Assembly: GCA_963718915.1 (NCBI GenBank) | Contig: CAVRAI010000001.1 | Coordinates: 330,001-362,000 of the forward strand | DNA: 32,000 nucleotides | Direction of reading: 5' to 3' | DNA from: an uncultured Chloroflexia bacterium | Lineage (GTDB): Bacteria > Chloroflexota > Ktedonobacteria > Ktedonobacterales > JADMIN01 | Part shown: piece by piece, positions 16,564 through 25,024 of the stretch | Numbering within the stretch: the first letter of the stretch is position 1 | Layout of the letters: each line of letters starts with the position of its first letter | Notes under the pieces: model-generated | Databases searched by the model: none | The model's input: the letters and a program-made list of their open reading frames with translations, nothing else | Told to the model about the DNA's origin: nothing | Made by a program: the position numbers and the translations under genes

Positions 16564-18171
16564 ATGACCCCCCTCAACCAGCTGACGAGCGGCCCCCTGG
16601 GCAGCTATGCCTACGGCGATAGCGCGCACTTGCACGCCGCCACCCAGGTCGACTCGGGCGGCAGCGCCTACACCGCCAGCTATGATGCCAGTGGCAATAT
16701 GGTCTGCCGTGCGCCCGATGGCAGTACGACCTGCACTGGTGACACAACGACCGGCCAACACCTGAGCTACGACAACGAGGGACGGCTCACCAGTTGGCAG
16801 AACGCGCCATCCTCACCTACGAGCACCGACCAGTACCTCTACGATGGCGAAGGCAACCGCGTCGAGCAGCAGACGATGAAGAGCGGCACGACCACGACGA
16901 CGGTCTATATCGGGGACATCGAATCGGTCGCGACGACCGGCGCACGACCACCACCACGACCTATTACTACGCCAATGGGCAGCGGATCGCCCTCGCGGTC
17001 AATGGCACGCTTCAGCTACCTCGCCAGCGATCTCTTGGGCAGCGCCACCGTGGCATTGAATAGCAGCGGTACACCGACCGCCAGCCAGCTCTACGCGCCC
17101 TACGGCGGCACGCGCTATAGCAATGGGACAATGCCCACCGACTATGGCTTTACCGGCCAACGGGCCGACAGCGCCACCGGGCTGGACTACTACAGCGCGC
17201 GCTATTACGACCCAACGCTGGGCCAGTTTACTTCCGCTGACACCGTGCTGGATGGGCTGAATCGCTATGGCTACGTGGGTGGCAACCCCATCAGTAACAC
17301 CGATCCCAGCGGACATGAAGATTTCGCGTTACAACGTGACAGCTTTGGAGGCGACTTATCTGGCGAGGGGAGCGGTGGCGAGTTGACGGGACTGGCGAAC
17401 GCCATCCTCCAATTGATATTTGGCACCACCGTCGCTGCCGCCGCTGTCACCAGCCACCACGCCTCCACGACAACCGCAACAACGCTGGCAGGTACCCCCG
17501 ATCCGACCATGACGTTTGCCGTCAATGGCGCGACCATTGTCGTCACCTCGACCGGCGACCTGGTGGTGACGCAGGGTGCGACGACCACTGATTATGCGGC
17601 GGGCAGCGCGGGCTGGCAGACGTGGAGCCATGCCATTGATGGCGCCTATGCCAACACCGATGTCTGGAACGCGCGGACCGCGCCCGGAGCCACCACGGGT
17701 ACAACGACGACCACCCTAACCCCGGTTCATGTGGTCGCCACCGAAGCAGGAGATGCAGGTGCAGCATCAGGCGAGGGCTCGGTTCCAGTGAACGGAAGTG
17801 GGGCTGCGGCAGCAGGTGGCGGCTCTGAGCCACCAGGAGGCGATGACCCTTGCACCTGTAGCGGGGCTAGCAGCGGAAGGCCAGCTATCAGAGTCGGTGA
17901 CCTACAACCTATTCATACGCCAGAAACAGCCGGTGTTCGGCCCGATCTTGAGGGATTAACTGACGACGAATTGCTACAATCGGTTAGCAATCCGACAAAC
18001 AACGACCCTCTCAAGATTAATACAAGAACAGGTGGTGTAATGGATGGCAATGGACGCGCCTATGAACTGCTGAGGCGGGCTGGAGACCCAAATAGTACGA
18101 TCACTCCGGATACCCGTGTGCCTTATGAACCATATGTACCGTTCACACCGTGGGATTCGGATTTATGCTGA
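16564..18171 (+). CDS. orphan Rhs module C: 3' core fragment + toxin tip CT2
   Basis: 535-aa ORF. Homology to the main core begins at about 16500 in another frame, shifted by a C6 run at 16568-16573. The core end 'RYGYVGGNPISNTDPSGH' finishes at 17316, and CT2 spans 17317-18171. A compensated frameshift pair near 16942 and 17011 garbles about 24 codons. Confidence 0.75.
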   Translation: MTPLNQLTSGPLGSYAYGDSAHLHAATQVDSGGSAYTASYDASGNMVCRAPDGSTTCTGDTTTGQHLSYDNEGRLTSWQNAPSSPTSTDQYLYDGEGNRVEQQTMKSGTTTTTVYIGDIESVATTGARPPPRPITTPMGSGSPSRSMARFSYLASDLLGSATVALNSSGTPTASQLYAPYGGTRYSNGTMPTDYGFTGQRADSATGLDYYSARYYDPTLGQFTSADTVLDGLNRYGYVGGNPISNTDPSGHEDFALQRDSFGGDLSGEGSGGELTGLANAILQLIFGTTVAAAAVTSHHASTTTATTLAGTPDPTMTFAVNGATIVVTSTGDLVVTQGATTTDYAAGSAGWQTWSHAIDGAYANTDVWNARTAPGATTGTTTTTLTPVHVVATEAGDAGAASGEGSVPVNGSGAAAAGGGSEPPGGDDPCTCSGASSGRPAIRVGDLQPIHTPETAGVRPDLEGLTDDELLQSVSNPTNNDPLKINTRTGGVMDGNGRAYELLRRAGDPNSTITPDTRVPYEPYVPFTPWDSDLC

Positions 18172-18471
18172 CATCAAGGAGTTGCTGTGATAATGGTCCC
18201 AATTTGGGGATGGCTACCCAGAATATGATCGGTCTACACATGCCTTCAAAGAAAGGTCGTAGATTAATGTCACACTGAAGAGGCTATTTTCAGGATGTAC
18301 AAAAACACCTCAATGAGGCAATATTGAGGTGGAGCATAGATGTGACACTGCGCCGTTGAGTGACCGCCACATGATGACTGCGCGGTTTCTTATCGGCAAT
18401 ATGTGGTTCGCATGGTATCGCTATGGGCGCAGAATCGTATCCTTGTGCCAGGAATGAAAGGTAGAACAATC

Positions 18472-18765
18472 ATGATACCTACAAGGCGTGTGCTACATCG
18501 TCTCCTCTACGACGCCCTCATCGAAATACGGGCCAAAGGAAATGCCAGTAACGACAAGGCGGTATTCTCGCTCGCTGATTTGTTCCACAATGTTCCAATG
18601 GACCTCGATAAACTTGATCGAGGCGAGGTATCCGTAGAAGATATCATGCACAAATTAGAGGAGCACGCTCGACGACGCGGAATCGAGGGGTGGTTGGACC
18701 TACGCCTTAAAGAAATCGTAAAGTACCATCCGGAGACCATGGAAAACAGAGACACATCACCATAA
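18472..18765 (+). CDS. candidate immunity protein for CT2 (hypothetical; start uncertain, alternatives 18403 and 18454)
   Basis: Low-GC ORF 18403..18765. ATG 18472 has AAGG about 10 nt upstream. The product 'MIPTRRVLHRLLYDALIEIRAKG...' matches no family I recognise. Confidence 0.45.
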   Translation: MIPTRRVLHRLLYDALIEIRAKGNASNDKAVFSLADLFHNVPMDLDKLDRGEVSVEDIMHKLEEHARRRGIEGWLDLRLKEIVKYHPETMENRDTSP

Positions 18766-18921
18766 GATTAGGTGGATGTCATTGCACAAGACGGGGCGTA
18801 TTAGCAACCCGCTAGTGAAGGTGCTGATCTAGCCTCACAGGTAACATCCGCTGGATACGTATCTCCCGCTTCGGGGTCCTGTGGCTTAGCATACGGTCCC
18901 AACCTACCGACCTACGACGCG

Positions 18922-20571
18922 GTGGGCAACATCACCCGCGAGACGACCACGCTGCCGACCGGGACCGATGTGCAGCAGTTCTGCTACGATGACTTCAGCC
19001 GCCTGACCTGGGCAGGCTCAACCGGGACGCCACCCTGCACGGGGACAGCCATCACGCCCGGCACGCTCACCGCCGCCCAGTATACGCAGAGCTTCAGCTA
19101 CGACAACCAGGACCGCTTGCGAACCAGTCCGCTGGGCAGCTACTCCTACGACGACCCGAATCATCTACATGCTGCCACCTTTGTGGACAGCGGAACCGAC
19201 GATTATAGCGCCGACTACGATGCCGCGGGCAACATGACCGCCCGCGCGCCCAGTGAGAGCCAGTCCCAGCAGCAACTGACCTGGGACAATGAGGGGCGGC
19301 TCACTGCCTGGCAGAACGCGCCGACGAGTCCCACCAGCCAGGCATGGTATCTCTACGATGGCGAGGGCAATCGCGTCGAGCAGGATGTCACGACCGGGGG
19401 TGGCAGCGACAGCCATACCTATTATCTGCCGGGCAACGCCGAGGAGGTGACGCCGAGTGGCAGCCTGGTCAAGTACTACAGCGCGGGCGGGCTCGCTCTC
19501 GGTGAAAACACGACGATAGATGCGTCTGGCATCTCCTACCTCGCCAGCGATGGCTTGGGCAGTGTCAGCGAGGCGCTCAACCAGACGGGGACAGCAACCG
19601 GCGCGCAACTCTATAGCCCCTATGGCAACGTGCGCTATAGCAGTGGCGCACTGCCGACCAGCAAAGGCTTCACCGGCCAGTATGCCGATGCCAGCACGGG
19701 GCTGGACTACTATAGCGCGCGCTATTACGATCCGCTCCTCGGGCAGTTCACCAGCGCCGATACGGTCATTGATGGGCCAAGCGGCCTCAATCGCTATGGA
19801 TATGTCAAGGGCAATCCCGAGACGGCGACGGATCCGAGCGGTCACATCCGGGTGGAAAAGGATGATAATTTCGGTCCAGGTGTCGTGCCAGGTGGGCCGG
19901 GCGGCCCAGGATATCCAGAAGACTACGTTGAATCCATTTATAACGCGTGGAGTCGATTCCTGGGCATGGCTCCAGGCGCGCCCATCGGTACGGTAGTCAC
20001 ACTTGGCAGGGGTGACAGTGTCCAAATCCTGCTGGAGCAGGGCACGCTCATGGTGACCTATAACTACGGCGATGGCACGGCTGCGACCTTTAACGCAACG
20101 TATGCATCCAATTGGCTACGTGGCCAGTGGTTGCAAGTGTTGTCTGAGCACTATGCAGGCAATCCGTACGACACGACGGTACATCGTCCGGGTAGGGTTG
20201 CCTTTGCTGGGATCACGTCCTACGATCGCGCCGCCAACTTTGCCAATATCTTCGGTGACCCACACTCACCTCCATCTGTAGCGCGCGGTGCTGGATGGAC
20301 TATAAACGTTGACGCAGGTGGGCGGGGTACAGCACAGATCCGTTGTATGGATTACAGCAACAGCAGATACGGCCGTGGACAAGGACCCTACCTGCGCTTC
20401 CAGACGAATACTGATCCGCTAGGGGGGCCAAATTTGAACTTCAATGGGCAAGTGGATGCCAATGATTGGCATAATCACTTCTATCTGGGAACTGGAGGTG
20501 AAGGTGATGACTTACCGTTGCAAAATGCCCTCGCCGGAACTATTCTCTACCAGTATGAGTTCGGACCGTGA
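18922..20571 (+). CDS. orphan Rhs module D: 3' core fragment + toxin tip CT3
   Basis: 549-aa uninterrupted ORF. Homology to the main core starts at about 18908, and the listed GTG is an internal Val codon of 'YDAVGNIT'. The core end 'RYGYVKGNPETATDPSGH' finishes at 19845, and CT3 spans 19846-20571. I see no convincing RBS of its own. Confidence 0.75.
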   Translation: MGNITRETTTLPTGTDVQQFCYDDFSRLTWAGSTGTPPCTGTAITPGTLTAAQYTQSFSYDNQDRLRTSPLGSYSYDDPNHLHAATFVDSGTDDYSADYDAAGNMTARAPSESQSQQQLTWDNEGRLTAWQNAPTSPTSQAWYLYDGEGNRVEQDVTTGGGSDSHTYYLPGNAEEVTPSGSLVKYYSAGGLALGENTTIDASGISYLASDGLGSVSEALNQTGTATGAQLYSPYGNVRYSSGALPTSKGFTGQYADASTGLDYYSARYYDPLLGQFTSADTVIDGPSGLNRYGYVKGNPETATDPSGHIRVEKDDNFGPGVVPGGPGGPGYPEDYVESIYNAWSRFLGMAPGAPIGTVVTLGRGDSVQILLEQGTLMVTYNYGDGTAATFNATYASNWLRGQWLQVLSEHYAGNPYDTTVHRPGRVAFAGITSYDRAANFANIFGDPHSPPSVARGAGWTINVDAGGRGTAQIRCMDYSNSRYGRGQGPYLRFQTNTDPLGGPNLNFNGQVDANDWHNHFYLGTGGEGDDLPLQNALAGTILYQYEFGP

Positions 20572-20799
20572 GATTGCAGAAGTATATTCAGAGGACCACG
20601 CCGAATCTCTAGGCCAGCATCACCTTCATTAGTATGGGCGCACAGGCAGTACAAGGCACGAGCTTGTGCAATAGGCGCTACTTTTCAGCTTACAGGATGT
20701 GCTGCTGATATCCTGCAGCGAGAGCTCGTAGTTGCAGCATAGTGGCAACACACAGATTGCTTGTACGCGAGTGACTGCGAGAATCAGCAGGAGGACTTC

Positions 20800-21312
20800 A
20801 TGAGCGGTGCAAGTCATGACAATAGTGACGACGGCGAAGACGATGAGAATCTTGAAATGTCTCTTGCAAACCTGGAGTCAGGGACTATCGAGGCACTGGA
20901 CATTGATGTGTTACATCAAACAATCACCTTTCACGTGCTAACACACTGGAGCGTAGAACCCGAACTGCATGTGGTCATTTTTGAGGATGTTGCCTCATTT
21001 TACATGATTCTGGGCTCAGACACGAAGCGCTTTGAATGGCTTCGTACAGGCCTTGTAAAAGAGAGACGAGTCGTTGGCGAGTGGACATCGGCTGGCTACT
21101 ACCCCGAAGGTGTCGGGACCGTCCGGATCCACGCCAAACCAGGCTCTTGGGAGAGTGGTTGGGTCGTACGGTACAACACGCACCCTAATTTTGCGGTTGA
21201 ATTGAGGGATGCGATGCTTCTGATAGAGGCTCGCTTGATAAGCATTGATGGTAGACCGTTTGAGGTTGGCTTCATCGAAAACGACTCACCAAATGCTCCA
21301 ACCGATGTGTAG
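20800..21312 (+). CDS. candidate immunity protein for CT3 (hypothetical, acidic N-terminus)
   Basis: ATG 20800 lies 5 nt after AGGAGG, within ORF 20761..21312. It is low-GC and is the first same-strand ORF after CT3. Confidence 0.55.
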   Translation: MSGASHDNSDDGEDDENLEMSLANLESGTIEALDIDVLHQTITFHVLTHWSVEPELHVVIFEDVASFYMILGSDTKRFEWLRTGLVKERRVVGEWTSAGYYPEGVGTVRIHAKPGSWESGWVVRYNTHPNFAVELRDAMLLIEARLISIDGRPFEVGFIENDSPNAPTDV

Positions 21313-21451
21313 TTGCGGCCTTCTGCAGTAATGAATAGCATGCAACATACAAGTGGCAATATGACCTGTTGAACGCCTCCTTTTCCACGACCTGCGCAGA
21401 CAGACTGATCCTGTTCGAGAACACAGCCACTGATACCATCGGAAACCCTAG

Positions 21452-23909
21452 CTGACCAGCGGCGGCCAGTACACCGGCTGTGGCAACGCCGGGAATAGCT
21501 TTGCCCTGAGCGGGCAGATCCGCAGCACCTCCACCTACGATAGCTATGGCAATGCGCGCACGACGACCGATCCCGACGCCAACGCGGGCAACACCGCCCA
21601 CAAGGGGTGTACCGTTGGCAGCAGCACGTATACGACGTGTGTTACCTATGACTCGACGTTTGACGTCCTGCCGGTTTCCAGCGCCAACGCGCTCAACTCA
21701 GAGCGTCTCGCTAGGGTTCAATGCGACGACGGATGCGACCGGCGGCTTTGGCCTCTGGCCGACCTCGGCGACCGACGCCAATGGGCAGGTCGCCACGACG
21801 ACCTATGACGCGCTCGGACGCACGCTGAGCACGACCGAGCCGGGCGAGACGGTTGGGCTGACGACCACCACGACCAGCTACACCGTCTGGTGTGCCGCCG
21901 CCGACGGGCGCGGAGACGCCCTGTGTTGAGGTAGACAGCAGCCAGCGGCTCGATAGCCAGCAATACCGTCACCTCGCGCAGCTTCTAGGACGGCTACGGG
22001 CGGCTGATCGAGACACGCACTGCCGCGCCCGGCGGCAACGACATCGTCCAGTACGTCGACTATGACGAGTCCGGGCGGGTCGTCAACGCCAGTGTGCCCT
22101 ACTTCGTGTCTGCCTATAGCGGCGGCCCCGGCTCGGCGGCGTTCTCGACGCCGGATGCGACGCAGCATAGCACCCAGACCACCTACGATGGGCTGGGGCG
22201 CACGCTCACCGTGGAAGACCCGCTCTCCGAGACGACGAGCGCCAGCTACCAGACCGAGTGCGGCTGGACCGCGCCCGCCGACACCGCCTGCTATCAGGCG
22301 ATCACGGTCCACGACGCGCTGATGCACCAGACCTACTCGCTCGTCGATGGGCTGGGGCGGGTCGTCTATAGCGAGCGGGATACCGGCAACAGCAGCAGCA
22401 CGTGGGGATGGTATTCGGAGACCCACTACACCTACGACGCCAGCGGCAACCTGACCAAAATCTTCGTCCCCTACGATGACCCGGCGACGACGACCTTCAG
22501 CTATGACGCCGCCGGGCGCACCACTGGGATGACCGACCCCGACCGGGGCACGGAATCGTATAGCTACGACGCCAATGGCAACGTCACGCAGACGACCGAC
22601 GCGCGGGGATCTAGTGGGACCATCTACGCGGGCTACGACGGGCTGAACCGCCAGATCTGGCGCAACACCAGCAATAGCCCGACCGGCGCCTATGTCACCT
22701 ACAGCTACGACAGCACCACCGGCGGCAACTACGGCGTCGGGCGCCTGACCGGCGAGACGTTTAGCGGCGCTGGCTCCCTCGGCTCCGGCTCCTATAGCTA
22801 TAGCTATGACCGGCGCGGCGAGACGACCGCCTCAACCCTCACCATCGGCGGCACTGGGGGCGGTAGCTACCCGGTGGGCACGACCTACAACGACGCCGGA
22901 CAGGCGCTGATGCTGACCTACCCGAACGGCGAGACCGTCACCGCGGCGCTATAGCGCCCAGGGCTGGCTCGGCAGCCTCACCCGGACGCAGGGCAGTAAG
23001 ACCACCAAGCTGCTCGACGCCATCGCCTACACCGGCAGCGGCGGCGCGAGCTGGGCAGATGACCAGCGCGCAGGTGGGCGAGTCGTCAGCGGCAACGCCA
23101 CCTACAACTACAACGCCAGCTTCGATACGCTGGCCCGGCCGACCGATGTCAAGACCAGCACGGGTCAGCGACGGGGCGACGCTGTTCGAGGAGGCGCCGA
23201 CCTACGACGCGGTCGGCAACATCACCAGTGAGACGACCACGCTGCCCACCGGCACGGATGTGCAGCAGTTCTGCTACGACGACTTCAGCCGCCTCACCTG
23301 GGCAGGGTCGACCGGGACGCCACCGTGTACCGGGACGGCGATTACTCCCGGCACGCTGACTGCCGCGCAGTATACGCAGTCCTTCAGCTACGACAACCAG
23401 GACCGGCTCACCAGCAGCCCGCTGGGTAGCTACTCCTACGACGACGCCAATCACCTACACGCCGCCACCTTCGTGGATAGCGGGACCGACGACTATAGCG
23501 CGACCTACGATGCCAGCGGCAATATGCTGACCCGCGCGCCGAGCGAGAGCCAATCACAACAAAAACTGGCCTGGGATAACGAGGGACGGCTGGTGGCGTG
23601 GCAGAACGCCCCAAGTAGTCCGAGTAGCACGGCGCAGTACCTCTACGATGGCGAGGGTAACCGCGTCGAGCAGCAGACGGTGAATAGCGGCACGACCCGA
23701 CGACGGTGTATATGGGGAGCCTAGAATCGGTCGCGACGACCGGCTCAACGACCACCACCACGACCTACTACTACGCCAATGGGCAGCGGATCGCGCTAGC
23801 GGTCAATGGCACGCTCAGCTACCTCGCCAGCGATCTGCTCGGCAGCGCCACCGTCGCCCTTGACGACAGCGGCGACGAGTTGCTCTACGCGCTCTCGTAC
23901 GACGACTGA
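21452..23909 (+). pseudogene. tip-less second copy (B) of the YD shell, without start codon, DPxGH core end or toxin
   Basis: Homology starts directly after TAG 21449-51 ('LTSGGQYTGCGNAGNSFALSGQIRSTSTYDSYGN'). It runs through ORFs 21546.., 22094..22954, 23059.. and 23706..23909, with about 8 indels and TAG 21986-88. It ends '...ATVALDDSGDELLYALSYDD*', about 230 nt short of the core end. Confidence 0.8.
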
Positions 23910-24085
23910 ACAGAAAAGCGACGCACAATGGGTGATGTGACCTACGCCACTTGTATTCTGTTCCACGCTCTCATACACTCCCATCACAGCCCCATGTGAT
24001 GTGCGTATCCGCATTGTTTCGCGCACCGCTTGCGCATGCGCAGGTATGAGATGCCTTCCAGACGAAGGTGTTGGGAGAGATGGGC

Positions 24086-25024
24086 ATGAAGACGATGATG
24101 AGCCTCCCATTCAAAGGAGTGAGCGGCCTGACGCACACGCTGTTTGGCATCGTGCTGCTCGGCGCCCTCTGGGTCACCAGCCTGACACTGCTCTCGGCGC
24201 GGCCAACGGCGGTAGCGCTGCTCACCGAGGCGGGCGCGCAGACGCTGAATCCGCAACTGATTCACATCACCAACGGCGCCATCGGCATCACGCCCGACAG
24301 CTACGTCAAGTTGCAGAGCGCCGCCAAAGCCAACCCGTCGAAGCCGCTCGATCTCTCCATCCTCAAAGTGCAGATTCCGGGGAGTGTGATCGTCGGCAAG
24401 AACTACGCTGACGGCCTCCACGCGATCTATGGCAAAGTCGCCGAGGGCTACTACGACAACGGCCCGCAGAGTGTCTTCACGCTCCCCGCCGACGCGCAGA
24501 AAGCGCTCGAGGCGTTCGGCATGTTCTCCGCCGCGACCGGAACACCTTCGCCACTCCCTTCAACATCGGGGGTAAACCTGCCGACCTTGCCGCCATTCCT
24601 CCAGCCGCTTTTCAGCATTGTCGGCCTCTCGCCCACGACCTTCACCGCCGCGGGACACGACAACATCGCCTCGCTGCTGCTCTGGTTCTGGCTGGCGGCG
24701 GCCATCACTGCCGCGCTGGCGCTGCTGACAACGCCCGGCGAGCGGCGCTTCACCAGTCTGGCGCGGACGATTCTGCATGGCGCGTGGCCCGTGCTGGCGA
24801 TCTTCGCGTTGGTCTTCGCCTTCTCGCTCTTCAAGCCAGACGCTTTTGCGCCCTATCGCACAGTCTTCGGCCTGGTCGCGGGCGCGTTCCTGCCGGTCTA
24901 TGGCATCGCGGCGCTGGTGGGGCTGCTCGGCTTCTTCGGCCCGAAGCTGGTAGGTCTGTTCGTTGGCGGTGGATCGCGCGAAAGCAAGGAAAACTCGCGC
25001 CAGCGACGATGTCGCGTGGCATGA
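24086..25024 (+). CDS. polytopic membrane protein, unknown function
   Basis: ORF 24068..25024. ATG 24086 lies 6 nt after GGGAGAG. It has one N-terminal TM segment, a soluble region of about 150 aa, and then 3-4 hydrophobic segments ('[18 protein letters not shown]', '[16 protein letters not shown]', '[22 protein letters not shown]'). Confidence 0.65.
   Translation: MKTMMSLPFKGVSGLTHTLFGIVLLGALWVTSLTLLSARPTAVALLTEAGAQTLNPQLIHITNGAIGITPDSYVKLQSAAKANPSKPLDLSILKVQIPGSVIVGKNYADGLHAIYGKVAEGYYDNGPQSVFTLPADAQKALEAFGMFSAATGTPSPLPSTSGVNLPTLPPFLQPLFSIVGLSPTTFTAAGHDNIASLLLWFWLAAAITAALALLTTPGERRFTSLARTILHGAWPVLAIFALVFAFSLFKPDAFAPYRTVFGLVAGAFLPVYGIAALVGLLGFFGPKLVGLFVGGGSRESKENSRQRRCRVA

Noticed and set aside
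8090-24067. Search for transposase, integrase, phage or T6SS (VgrG/PAAR/Hcp) genes flanking or inside the toxin locus
   Set aside because: No ORF on either strand shows such motifs. The locus boundaries are plain intergenic DNA, so I make no mobile-element or secretion-system call.
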